In this document: in pieces, positions 10,565 to 20,229 of the stretch
Layout of the letters: each line of letters begins with the position of its first letter
How positions within the stretch are numbered: the first letter of the stretch is position 1
Assembly: GCA_025454955.1 (NCBI GenBank)
Contig: JALONL010000026.1
Location: 24 to 64,023 of the forward strand
Origin: Bacteroidia bacterium
Lineage (GTDB): Bacteria; Bacteroidota; Bacteroidia; Palsa-965
Direction of reading: 5' to 3'
DNA: 64,000 nucleotides
Notes under the pieces: generated by a model
The model's database searches: none
What the model was told of the DNA's origin: nothing
The model's input: the letters and a program-made list of their open reading frames with translations, nothing else
Program-made: the position numbers and the translations under genes

Positions 10565-11241
10565 AATGTATAATTGTGGAAGACGAGCCTCTGGCGCTTG
10601 AACGCACAAAAGAATATGTGCAAAAACTCCCGTGGCTGCAACTCACCGCCGCGTTCGACAATAGCTTAGATGCGCTCGAATACCTGCGCGGACACAGTGT
10701 CGATCTGTTGTTCCTCGATATACAGATGGACGAGCTCACCGGCATTCAGTTGCTCGAATCGGTGGACATTCAGGCGCAGGTAATTATCACCAGTGCATAC
10801 AGCGAATACGCGCTCAAAGGCTACGAGCTGCGTGTGACTGATTACCTGCTCAAGCCGTTCACCTTTGCGCGTTTCGTGCAGGCCACCGAGCGCGCCCGCG
10901 AAAACGCCACACGCCAGAGCGCACCCGAAAAGCAGTTCATCTTTGTAAAGACCGAATACCGTCTCGAAAAAATAATGCTCGACGAACTGCTTTACATCGA
11001 AGGCATGCGCGATTACCGGCGCATACACACCACACGCGGCCGCATCATGACGCTGCAAACCTTCGGCGAACTGGAGCAGGAAATTCCCGCGCACATTGCG
11101 CTGCGGGTGCATAAGTCGTACATGGTGGCGCTTGCCCGCATCGACTCGGTAGAGCGCGAACGCATACGTATTGGTGAGGTGCTGATTCCGGTGTCGGATA
11201 CTTACCGCGAGGCGTTTTGGGGGGCAATTGGGGGGAAGTAA
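10561..11241 (+). CDS. LytTR-family response regulator
   Basis: MKCIIVEDEP, LLFLDIQM, DYLLKP, LytTR motif RVHKSYMV. Confidence 0.92.
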   Translation: MKCIIVEDEPLALERTKEYVQKLPWLQLTAAFDNSLDALEYLRGHSVDLLFLDIQMDELTGIQLLESVDIQAQVIITSAYSEYALKGYELRVTDYLLKPFTFARFVQATERARENATRQSAPEKQFIFVKTEYRLEKIMLDELLYIEGMRDYRRIHTTRGRIMTLQTFGELEQEIPAHIALRVHKSYMVALARIDSVERERIRIGEVLIPVSDTYREAFWGAIGGK

Positions 11242-11348
11242 TTCGCTGCCGGGTTCAACCATTCATAATAAAAAAACAAGACCGGCATTGCGGGTAAAAG
11301 CCGTGTGCCCAGCTCTTTCGTGCCTTTTATTCATCAAAAAAATTTAAA

Positions 11349-11858
11349 ATGAACTTCCTTATCCGCTTCAGTCTCACCGCCCTGCTCGTAACCTGGGCCC
11401 TGCTTCCTTACTTCGAAAACTCACACCACAAAAACGTGCCCGGCGAAATTCTGCAAATTGGCATGGTGTGGAGTATCCTCATTGTGGCTGCATTTTTTGT
11501 CATGGTAGCCTTCTACTGCCGTACCCTTCAAAAATGCCTGAGTCTCATTAAACCCGAAAACCGGAAGGCCAGTCCGAAATCGGTGTGGTATATGTTTGCC
11601 CTGCCGTTCAATTTCGTAGAAGATTTTTTTATTGTGATTCATCTGGCCCATTCGCTGGAAGAAGAAAAAAAGACCAATGGTGCGTTGAAAGAGGTGAATG
11701 ATTTTGGACTGGTTTCGGGTATTGGCTGGTGTGTGGCGCAGGTGTTATCGTTTGTGCCGGGTGTGGTGGGGCAAATTGCCGGATTGCTGGGCATGGTGCT
11801 GGTGGTGTATCATTGGGTGATTATTCTCAGAATAAACAGGCGGTTAAGGATAAATTGA
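11349..11858 (+). CDS. Hypothetical membrane protein
   Basis: 169-aa ORF with several hydrophobic segments. Confidence 0.65.
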   Translation: MNFLIRFSLTALLVTWALLPYFENSHHKNVPGEILQIGMVWSILIVAAFFVMVAFYCRTLQKCLSLIKPENRKASPKSVWYMFALPFNFVEDFFIVIHLAHSLEEEKKTNGALKEVNDFGLVSGIGWCVAQVLSFVPGVVGQIAGLLGMVLVVYHWVIILRINRRLRIN

Positions 11859-11956
11859 TCCGGATAATTTTCTCCCTTATTATTTGGTATTGAACCTTCT
11901 CTATGCTATTATTGAGGGTCGAAAGATTTGAATTTCTAAGAGCTTCAATAAAATTT

Positions 11957-12688
11957 ATGACTCCAACAGAAAAGTTGAAATCAATTTTATCCCGACAATA
12001 TATTTCAGAAGATGGTGATAACTATCAGGTTGAACTCATGCCGGGGTTAACTGCTCCACAAATCAACGAGTTATCCCAAAAATGTCCGTCCGGACACATA
12101 CCTGATGAGATTAAAGAACTTCTGGAATTTACACGAGGATTTGAATTCTCCGGATTAGATGAAGTTACATTTGACGGTATCGGAGAATTTGGATTTGAAG
12201 AATTATTCCCAAACTCCGTGCAACTGGCAGGTGATGGATATGGGAATTTCTGGATTATAGATATTGATAAAAAGGGAAATTGGGGTAATGTGTATTATGT
12301 CTGTCACGATCCCGCGGTTGTGGTTAAACATTCAGAAAATCTAACTCAGTTTATTGAACATATTGACGAGTTTGGGAAATACGGGGATCAGTCTAATCTG
12401 AATATGATTCACGAAAAAGTGATCACGAATATTTGGAATAATGATAATGGGTTTATTGATGTGGAGACAGCAAGAAAATCTGACGACTCCACACTCAAAG
12501 AATTTTCCCAGACCCTTCCCGACAATTTTTTTGTGGCTGATTTAAGAAACAAGCCTATTCAATCTGGTTTTGCCTGGGGAAAATTCGGAACAACTGAAGG
12601 ATTAATCATAAGACACGAAACAGAATTAATATGGGGTATTGAAAAACCTTTGAAAAAGGGGTTTTTATCAAAAATATTTGGCAGATAA
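11957..12688 (+). CDS. SMI1/KNR4 (SUKH)-family protein
   Basis: IPDEIKELL.FT.GF, LAGDGYGNFWIID, VYYVCHDP are typical SUKH motifs. AT-rich relative to the host. Confidence 0.75.
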   Translation: MTPTEKLKSILSRQYISEDGDNYQVELMPGLTAPQINELSQKCPSGHIPDEIKELLEFTRGFEFSGLDEVTFDGIGEFGFEELFPNSVQLAGDGYGNFWIIDIDKKGNWGNVYYVCHDPAVVVKHSENLTQFIEHIDEFGKYGDQSNLNMIHEKVITNIWNNDNGFIDVETARKSDDSTLKEFSQTLPDNFFVADLRNKPIQSGFAWGKFGTTEGLIIRHETELIWGIEKPLKKGFLSKIFGR

Positions 12689-12873
12689 TTTCTGCCTGAT
12701 TGCCGGGCATGGTGCTGGTGGTGTATCATTAGGTGTGTATAGTGAAGTTAAACAAGTTGTTAAGGGGAGTTTGACTCCGAAAAAAAGTCATTGAATTTAA
12801 TCTTTGTATATTGCCGATGTATTGCACACTACACTAACCTTCATCAGAAATAAATCTTTACAGTACCCCGAAA

Positions 12874-13584
12874 ATGAGCTTCCTCAAAAACCTTTTCACA
12901 GGAAAAAACCAGCCCGACAAAACCAACTCATTTAAGGCCGGCGACATTTTTTATACAAAAAATGATTCGAAATTTTCACTCTACAAACTTCTTGTGCATG
13001 ATGTGGAGTTTGACTGTTACCATGTATTAGTCTATATGCCTGTGGACCGCTTACCAGATACCACACAGGTAAACGGGCTGAAAGTTATGGTATATCATTC
13101 GCCATTTGCCACATCGGCATTCAGTGATGCTGTTTTGCTGGTAAACACCGGTGTAAAATCGAATGACTTAATCGGCTACCACGAATATTTGCGTCAGACA
13201 CAGGCTCCCGAATACTATGTGCCATTGGCCAACAAGTACTATCAAACGGCCTACGAACTTACCAACGAAAAAAAATATCACGAAGCCATTGACGAGTATT
13301 CAAAAGCAGTAGATCTTTTCCACGCATTTTATGAAGCGATAGACAACCGCGCATTTTGTAAAATGGATTTGGGGCTTTGGAATGAGGCCATTGAAGATTT
13401 CAAACTCTCGCTGCTGGAGAATCCCGGCACTGTTTTGGCTGAGTTTTCGATTGGCGAATGCTATTTCAAAATGCGCGATTATGAAAACGCCAGAAAGCAA
13501 TTCGAAAAAGCACATCAGATTGATCCTGATGATCCGCTGCCGATAAAATTTCTTGCCAAAGTAAATGAGTTGTTGGGGCGCTAA
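12874..13584 (+). CDS. Tetratricopeptide repeat protein
   Basis: C-terminal TPR helices (EAIDEYSKAV, AIDNRAFCK, ARKQFEKAHQIDP). Confidence 0.75.
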   Translation: MSFLKNLFTGKNQPDKTNSFKAGDIFYTKNDSKFSLYKLLVHDVEFDCYHVLVYMPVDRLPDTTQVNGLKVMVYHSPFATSAFSDAVLLVNTGVKSNDLIGYHEYLRQTQAPEYYVPLANKYYQTAYELTNEKKYHEAIDEYSKAVDLFHAFYEAIDNRAFCKMDLGLWNEAIEDFKLSLLENPGTVLAEFSIGECYFKMRDYENARKQFEKAHQIDPDDPLPIKFLAKVNELLGR

Positions 13585-13662
13585 CTTCAATAATCCATCA
13601 AGGTTTATTCACCAGATATTCAAGTACAGAATAATAGCGGCGCAGGCAATTATTTATCTCGT

Positions 13663-13998
13663 ATGAAAAAATTCTCGTTAAAAAAGACCAACGGACACAC
13701 CCTCGAACAAATACATGCCGAAATTAACGCAGGGGGTAAATTTGTCACTTATGGTTATTGCATTTCTGTTGTAGCTTTTACTTACCGGCTTATTTCCTCG
13801 CCACACTTCATAAAAGCCGGTGAAACCAATTCGAAATACCGATCCAAGTATAATTTGCTTTCGTTAATTTTTGGCTGGTGGGGATTTCCCTGGGGGCCGA
13901 TACATACCATAGAAATGGTACGGGTAAATATGAAAACAGGCGGTGTGGATATTACAGATGAAATTATGGAAAAAGATAAATTTCCAGCATCAAAATAG
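13663..13998 (+). CDS. Hypothetical membrane protein
   Basis: FGWWGFPWGPI motif in a 111-aa ORF. Confidence 0.6.
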   Translation: MKKFSLKKTNGHTLEQIHAEINAGGKFVTYGYCISVVAFTYRLISSPHFIKAGETNSKYRSKYNLLSLIFGWWGFPWGPIHTIEMVRVNMKTGGVDITDEIMEKDKFPASK

Positions 13999-14152
13999 CA
14001 ACCAGACAGAAGTGCTTGCGCTTGATCTAACCATTGAATACGCCCCGGAAGAACTCATCAGCTAGTATTTTTCTGCCGGCAGATATTCGCTTTTGTATCG
14101 CATTTATTCAATCAGAGACCATAAACATCATTTCTGGTATCTATTTTTGAGT

Positions 14153-14872
14153 ATGCAAAATGGATATTGGGTTTCGATAACCCTGGCACTCACCTTTTTC
14201 TCCTGCAATTCTCTATATCAGAGAAATAACACTTCTGATAAACAAATTTCCGGTAACCCGCAATATAAATCAGAAAGTTTAACTCAGGCACTTTCCTATA
14301 TCAACTCTGGAGATACTATCAAGAGACTGAAAACGGATGATTATCCGGTAACTGAAGATATGATAAACGCCGTGAGAGTGAATAATTCTGACCGGGTTTT
14401 CTTCAAGAATGATTCACTGCAACAATGCCTCATCTTTGATATGTACACCGATGGACATCGGCTGGCGATTTACCATTTCAATTCTGCCGAAATTCCATAT
14501 CAGCTAATTGAAATTATTGAACTCTACGATGAGCAAGGAAATCCGATTCCCAACGACAAGAAATTACCTGAATTAAACAGATTAATTAAAAAATCTTTTC
14601 CCCTGCCTGAATCATACTTCACTTCCCACAAAGGATTAAAAATTGGCTGTTCCAAAGAAAATGCAACCACTATCTACGGTTTACCTGATAAAAAATTAAT
14701 AGAAAATGCTACTGAAAAATATGAATGGGCTTATACAGGCGACATACTGTACGATGGAAAAACAGATTTAAAAGGTAAACCGCTCGCACTGCATAGTTAC
14801 GGTCACAAAGTAACCATGTTGTTCAAAAACAATACACTGACCGGGTATATTCTGCACAATGATATTCCCTGA
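14153..14872 (+). CDS. Hypothetical lipoprotein
   Basis: Hydrophobic N-terminus with lipobox-like FFSC. Confidence 0.6.
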   Translation: MQNGYWVSITLALTFFSCNSLYQRNNTSDKQISGNPQYKSESLTQALSYINSGDTIKRLKTDDYPVTEDMINAVRVNNSDRVFFKNDSLQQCLIFDMYTDGHRLAIYHFNSAEIPYQLIEIIELYDEQGNPIPNDKKLPELNRLIKKSFPLPESYFTSHKGLKIGCSKENATTIYGLPDKKLIENATEKYEWAYTGDILYDGKTDLKGKPLALHSYGHKVTMLFKNNTLTGYILHNDIP

Positions 14873-14938
14873 AAAGGTTTCACCAGACAGGTAATCCATG
14901 CTTTGTTATTCTCTATCCCTCTAGCTCAGAAAAACCGT

Positions 14939-15204
14939 TCTCGCTCTCGCTCTCACTCTCGCTCTCATTCTCATTCTCATTCTCGCTCTCACTCTCACTC
15001 TCATTCTCACTCTCATTCTCACTCTCACTCTCATTCTCGCTCTCATTCTCGCTCTGAAAATGCCCTTGGGCGCGATGCCTCGCGCCCCTACGGGAATTTC
15101 TTCGCTCTCATTCTCGGACTCACTCTAATTCTCGCTTTCATTCTCCTTCTCGCTCTCATTCTCACTCTCGCTATCCTTCTCGCTCTCACTCTCATTCTCA
15201 CTCT
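14939..15204. repeat. Hexamer microsatellite (TCTCAC/TCTCAT/TCTCGC) in two blocks
   Basis: About 19 units at 14939..15052 and a more degenerate block at 15101..15204 that encodes the E/S/N-rich tail of the minus-strand hydrolase. Confidence 0.92.
15068..15097. repeat. REP-like GC-rich palindrome
   Basis: GGGCGCGATGCCTCGCGCCCCTAC hairpin with GTAG foot on the minus strand. The 18-mer TCGCGCCCCTACGGGAAT also occurs at 59..76. Confidence 0.6.
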
Positions 15205-15961
15205 GAGTAACCACCAACCCATCAAACCCAATAAACACATTCCCCGGCAATTCCCCCTGCACTTCCTCATGCAACCCCATCTGATGCGAAATATGCGTAA
15301 AATAAGCCTTCTCCGGCCGTAAATCACGCACCACATCAAGAGCTTCATTAAGCGTAAAATGCGAAATGTGCTTCTCCCGCCGCAGGGCGTTAAGCACAAG
15401 TACCTTGCAGCCGCGTATTTTCCGGCGTTCCTCCTCCTCTATCCGGTTGGCATCGGTGATATACACAAAATCGCCTACGCGGAAGCCGAATACCTGAAGC
15501 TGGTGGTGAAATACTTCTACCGGCAAAAACTCCACACCCTGCACATCGAAAGGCGCATTGCCAAAACTCACCAGCTCAATTTGGGGAATGCCGGGATATT
15601 TCGGCTCCTCGAAAATGTAGGCAAACTCGCGGCGAATGGCCTGCTGTACGCGGGGCGTGGCATACACGGGCATTACCATTTCGTTGAGGAAATTGTAGGC
15701 GCGTACTTCGTCGAGGCCGGCCAGATGGTCTTTGTGCTCGTGGGTAAATACCACGGCATCCAACGTGCGCACATCGTGACGAAGCATTTGCTGGCGAAAA
15801 TCGGGGCCGGTGTCTATGACTATGGTTTTGCCCTGCGTTTCGAGCAGTATGGAGGTGCGTAAACGCTTATCGCGCGGGTCGGACGACTGGCAAACGGGAC
15901 AGGGGCATCCGATAATTGGAACGCCCATGGAAGTGCCGGTGCCGAGGAATGTGATGCGCAA
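15125..15961 (-). CDS. MBL-fold metallo-hydrolase, PhnP/YycJ-like
   Basis: [42 protein letters not shown]. Probable TTG start at 15961. Confidence 0.88.
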   Translation of the reverse strand: MRITFLGTGTSMGVPIIGCPCPVCQSSDPRDKRLRTSILLETQGKTIVIDTGPDFRQQMLRHDVRTLDAVVFTHEHKDHLAGLDEVRAYNFLNEMVMPVYATPRVQQAIRREFAYIFEEPKYPGIPQIELVSFGNAPFDVQGVEFLPVEVFHHQLQVFGFRVGDFVYITDANRIEEEERRKIRGCKVLVLNALRREKHISHFTLNEALDVVRDLRPEKAYFTHISHQMGLHEEVQGELPGNVFIGFDGLVVTQSENESESEKDSESENESEKENESEN

Positions 15962-16083
15962 AATGAAGCCGTGTTTCGGGTCGAAGCCAAAGTTAAGGGC
16001 TTCATTCGTTCGTGCTTCAGTTTGTGTGCATGATAATCGTACATTTAACTCAGCCGGAAATTCATTCACCGGCACACCACATT

Positions 16084-17481
16084 ATGAATATCCGCTTCAT
16101 GGGCGCAGCCCGCACCGTTACCGGAAGCCGCCACCTGCTCACGGTAAACAACCATCAGATACTGCTCGACTGCGGCCTCTTTCAGGGCAAAAACGAAGGC
16201 GGGGGCGACCGCAACAAGCATTTCGGCTTCGATCCGCACCAGATACACTGTGTCATCCTCTCGCACGCCCATATCGACCACAGCGGAATGTTGCCGCGCA
16301 TGGTACGCGAAGGATTCAGAGGTAAAGTATATGCCACGCCGGCCACGGTTGACCTTTGCGAAATTATGCTGCTCGACAGCGCCCGCATACAGGAAAACGA
16401 TGTGCGCTACGTAAACAAACGCCGTCGCAGTCACGGCCAGAAACTCGTGGAGCCGCTTTACGACGAAGACGACGTGCGCGAACTCATGCGCCTGATGGTG
16501 AAAATTCCCTACAACACCGATTGGACCGTGAGCCGCGGCGTAAATTTCCGCTTTACCGATGCCGGCCACATTTTGGGCAGCGCCGCCGTAAATTTAACCC
16601 TCACCGAAAACGAACGTACCGTTAAACTCGGCTTCACCGGCGATGTGGGCCGCTTCCACGACCTCATTCTCCGCGAGCCGCAGCCCTTTCCGCAGGCCGA
16701 TGTGCTGCTCTGCGAATCGACCTACGGCAACCGCCTCCACGACTCTACCGAAGACTCGGCCGTGCAACTGCTCGATGTGGTGCGCAAAACCTGTGTCGAG
16801 AAAAAAGGCCGTTTGCTCATTCCCAGCTTCAGCCTCGGGCGCACACAGGAAATTGTGTACACCCTCGACCGCATGAAAAACGCCAACCTGCTGCCACCCA
16901 TTCCGGTGTATGTGGACAGTCCGCTCTCGGTAAACGCCACCGAAATCATGCGCAAGCACCCTGAGAATTTCAACGAAGACATTCTCAAATACATGGAAAC
17001 CGACCCCGACCCGTTTGGCTTCAACGGTCTCGAATACGTGCAGGAAAAAGAAGCTTCGCAGGCACTCAACAACGAAGAACGGCCCTGCATCATTATTTCC
17101 GCTTCGGGCATGTTGGAGGCGGGACGCATCAAGCACCACGTAAAACACAGCATCGGCGATGCCCGCAACACGATACTCATTGTGGGCTATTGCTCGCCGG
17201 GCACGCTGGGAGCGGCTTTGCTGGGCGGCGCCAAAGAAGTACACATTTTCGGCGAGCCGCATCAGGTAAAAGCCGAAGTGGTACGCATAGGCTCGTACAG
17301 CGCCCACGCCGACCGCAACGAGCTGCTGGCTTTCATAAAATGCCAGGACCCGAAGCAGGTAAAAAATGTGTATCTCGTACACGGCGAAACCGAAGCACAG
17401 ACGGAGTTTGCAGAGTACCTGCACAAAGAAGGTTTTGCAAACGTGTATGCGCCTGAGTTTGGCGAAAAGATTGAATTGTAA
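16084..17481 (+). CDS. MBL/beta-CASP RNA-processing metallo-hydrolase
   Basis: GAARTVTGS, SHAHIDHSG, AGHILGS, ESTYG, SAHAD, VHGE. Confidence 0.9.
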   Translation: MNIRFMGAARTVTGSRHLLTVNNHQILLDCGLFQGKNEGGGDRNKHFGFDPHQIHCVILSHAHIDHSGMLPRMVREGFRGKVYATPATVDLCEIMLLDSARIQENDVRYVNKRRRSHGQKLVEPLYDEDDVRELMRLMVKIPYNTDWTVSRGVNFRFTDAGHILGSAAVNLTLTENERTVKLGFTGDVGRFHDLILREPQPFPQADVLLCESTYGNRLHDSTEDSAVQLLDVVRKTCVEKKGRLLIPSFSLGRTQEIVYTLDRMKNANLLPPIPVYVDSPLSVNATEIMRKHPENFNEDILKYMETDPDPFGFNGLEYVQEKEASQALNNEERPCIIISASGMLEAGRIKHHVKHSIGDARNTILIVGYCSPGTLGAALLGGAKEVHIFGEPHQVKAEVVRIGSYSAHADRNELLAFIKCQDPKQVKNVYLVHGETEAQTEFAEYLHKEGFANVYAPEFGEKIEL

Positions 17482-17491
17482 CACCAATTAA

Positions 17492-18577
17492 TCACTTCCG
17501 CGCCGCCACCAGCGAGGCAATATCTTTTACCGTTTGTGTGGGCGAATTGCAATCGCAGTTGCTGAAACCGAGCACGTAAATGTCTTTGCCGGGAATATAC
17601 ACACCCATTGATTTATAGCCGAAAATGCTGCCCCCGTGTTCGCGCGCGGGAACGGAGTTCAGCTCAATCATGCGCCAGCCGTAGCCGTAGTTCGATTCCT
17701 CGCCGCTGTTGAGTTTGTATTTGCTGAATGCCTTGGCACTGGTTTCGGGCTTGAGCAGCAGGTGGGTGTTGAGCGCATTCTGCCATTTCAGCATGTCTTC
17801 GGCGGTTGACATTAATGCACCGGAAGCAAAGGGAATGGAATAACTGATGGAGGTTTTATTTACGTAACCCGTTTCTTTTTCCTGATAACCGTAGGCGCGG
17901 TTTTTCACAATCATCCGGTCGGTGGCGTAGCCCGAATGAGTCATTCCTGCCTTGTCGAAAATGTTTTTCTGAATAAAATCCCTGTAGCTCATTTCCGAAA
18001 CCTTTTCGATAATGTAGCCCAGCAATACATAACCCGAATTGTTGTAATCGTATTTTTCGCCGGGCTGAAAATCGACAGGTTCGTTTTTAAACACATCAAC
18101 CAGTTCGGCAGGAGTCATTTCCTTGCGCGAAATTTCGCTGAGGATTTTCATTTTCGTGAAATCCTTTATTCCCGAAGTATGGGTGAGCAAATGATGCAGT
18201 TTAATTTTATCGCCCGAAGGATAATCGGGAATAAACTTCGACACCTGATCGTTTACCAATAATTTCCCCTGCTCTTCGAGCATAAGCACAGCCACGGCCG
18301 TAAACTGTTTGGTCATTGAACCAATCTGAAAAACCTTATCGGTGGTCATGTCCACCTCAAGTTCGATATTGGCTTTGCCGAAGGCTTTCAGGTAAACCGG
18401 TTTACCATGCTGCGCCACAAGAAACACACCGCCGGGCCCTGTTTTATCGTTGAATTCTTTGGCAATCAATGCGTCAATTTCGGAATCAGATGCGGTGCCT
18501 TTTGTGTGCTGCACCGGTTTGCAGGTTACAAAAAGCAGAAGCAGCGAAAAACAGGCTATTCTTAGTGTGGAAATCAT
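17492..18577 (-). CDS. Serine hydrolase, beta-lactamase/AmpC-like family
   Basis: SxxK (SMTK), YxN (YNN), HGG, LLTHTSG; signal peptide. Confidence 0.85.
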   Translation of the reverse strand: MISTLRIACFSLLLLFVTCKPVQHTKGTASDSEIDALIAKEFNDKTGPGGVFLVAQHGKPVYLKAFGKANIELEVDMTTDKVFQIGSMTKQFTAVAVLMLEEQGKLLVNDQVSKFIPDYPSGDKIKLHHLLTHTSGIKDFTKMKILSEISRKEMTPAELVDVFKNEPVDFQPGEKYDYNNSGYVLLGYIIEKVSEMSYRDFIQKNIFDKAGMTHSGYATDRMIVKNRAYGYQEKETGYVNKTSISYSIPFASGALMSTAEDMLKWQNALNTHLLLKPETSAKAFSKYKLNSGEESNYGYGWRMIELNSVPAREHGGSIFGYKSMGVYIPGKDIYVLGFSNCDCNSPTQTVKDIASLVAARK

Positions 18578-18733
18578 ACTCAGTGTGCGTTTGGCAGGTG
18601 AAAAAAACCAACCCGGAACATGACTTTCCAGGTTGGCAAAGAAAACTATCAGACGCGATAATAGAGTATTTGTTACAGCTAAATGTGACTAATAATTGCT
18701 TTTATTTCTGCTAATGATTAGATGTGTAGGTGG

Positions 18734-19312
18734 TTAAAATTTCACCCCAAAATTTAGCGTCCCTACATAAATCGGAGCTTCTCCATCAAAATTCCGAATC
18801 GGATGCGGGTTAGTTTGTGCCGCCAGGTAGTAAAAACCATGCTGTGAGCTGATGTACGGGCTGATTCTGAGTTTATCCCGTTTTTCTTTTTTAATAAATT
18901 CCCAACGATAACCGGCCAATAAACCTAATTCATAATCCCAGCTTGAATAATTTTTTCCGTCAATGACATTATTTCTGTTGTATCCCGGTCCGAATGCCTG
19001 ATACACTTCGGCATGTAAACCCTTCCAGAAAAACTGCCGGTATCCGAATGTGAGGGCATAATTGGCAAAATCGCCTTCATCTTCACGGAACTCAAAAGGT
19101 CTTATGTGAAAACCGATATATGCGTCGCCCGCAAAATCCTTTTTGCGGTACGTTTCAAACGTAACCTGACCTTTATAGATATTTCCCGGGAAAATGGGCC
19201 AAAGTAAATTCACCTCAGCTCCCCACTTTTTTATGGCCGGAGAATCTGTCTGGGCATGTATTGTTGAAGTAACGATCAACACGATGGCGATCAATAGTCC
19301 TGCTTTTTTCAT
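18734..19312 (-). CDS. Hypothetical exported protein, probable outer-membrane beta-barrel
   Basis: Signal peptide, alternating aromatic strands, terminal Phe (NFGVKF). Confidence 0.6.
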   Translation of the reverse strand: MKKAGLLIAIVLIVTSTIHAQTDSPAIKKWGAEVNLLWPIFPGNIYKGQVTFETYRKKDFAGDAYIGFHIRPFEFREDEGDFANYALTFGYRQFFWKGLHAEVYQAFGPGYNRNNVIDGKNYSSWDYELGLLAGYRWEFIKKEKRDKLRISPYISSQHGFYYLAAQTNPHPIRNFDGEAPIYVGTLNFGVKF

Positions 19313-19412
19313 TGAACCATTATTGTTTGTGAATGATGGCGCAAAGTTGAGCTACAGACCAGCGAAAATTCGTTGACTCTGATCAAGAAATAAAATGAGT
19401 GCTATGAAAATC

Positions 19413-19985
19413 TTAATCGGCTTGTTTACGTGCCCGGATACGGCTTAATGTTTCGGGCTTTACTCCAAGATAAGAGGCCAGCATATACTGGGGTACGTCT
19501 TGAAGCAGTCGCGAATTACGGTTAAGTAACTCCTTGTATCGTTCTTCGGGTGTGCTGTATAAAAATGAGTCGAGCCGTTTGGTAACCACCAGATAAAGGT
19601 TTTCGGCGATCAGCCTGCCGAGACGTTCAATGCTTTTATATTCATTATAAAGTGCGTTCAGTTCGTTTCGGTGTATTTTATAAATTACAGAATCGCTCAT
19701 CGACTCTATATAATGTTCAGAAGGTTGCCGGGTAAGAAAACTTCTGTAGTTTGACACAAAATCGCCGGGAAAAAAGAATGCCGTTATTTTCTCTTCTCCT
19801 TCCTGCAGGTAGTAAAACCTGAATAATCCTTCGCCTACGAATGCTATAAAGTCACACTCTTCACCTTGCTGAAGCAGAAATTGTTTTTTCGTACATGTTT
19901 CTTTTCTTATTGCTGATGAAAAAGCATTCCATTCCGTATCTGTCAGTACGATAAATTTGGAAAAGTAATTTCTGATCTGCTCCAT
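19413..19985 (-). CDS. Crp/Fnr-family transcriptional regulator
   Basis: cNMP-binding domain and HTH motif ASYLGVKPETLSRIR. Confidence 0.9.
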   Translation of the reverse strand: MEQIRNYFSKFIVLTDTEWNAFSSAIRKETCTKKQFLLQQGEECDFIAFVGEGLFRFYYLQEGEEKITAFFFPGDFVSNYRSFLTRQPSEHYIESMSDSVIYKIHRNELNALYNEYKSIERLGRLIAENLYLVVTKRLDSFLYSTPEERYKELLNRNSRLLQDVPQYMLASYLGVKPETLSRIRARKQAD

Positions 19986-20183
19986 ACAGCGGTTTTCGGG
20001 AATTCAACTTACCTATGGTTCAAATTTACTTATTACAGGTTTCGGACAATCGGCATTTTTTCATCACTTTCCGGCGCACTGAGTGGTGCAAGTCCGGGAA
20101 AGGGCTGTTTTTACTATAAAATACTCTTCCGGGCATATTTCGGGCCGTAACAACGCAGGTAACCCGAAATTGGCTAAAACTTG

Positions 20184-20191
20184 TAACTTTG
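20184..20191 (+). promoter_or_regulatory. Bacteroidota sigma-A -7 element
   Basis: TAACTTTG matches TAnnTTTG about 40 bp upstream of the ATG at 20230. Confidence 0.55.
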
Positions 20192-20229
20192 CAACTTAAA
20201 ATAGCCTTAAACACCAGTTCATACCCGAT

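Noticed and set aside
14903-15399. ORFs with SH/SR or RVRMRA repeats (14903..15322 + and 15088..15399 -)
   Set aside because: They are alternative-frame translations of the hexamer microsatellite and overlap the real hydrolase gene.
17492-18577. Antibiotic-resistance beta-lactamase (also considered for the MBL-fold genes at 15125..17481)
   Set aside because: Motifs fit generic serine hydrolases and PhnP or beta-CASP nucleases; nothing indicates true beta-lactamase activity.
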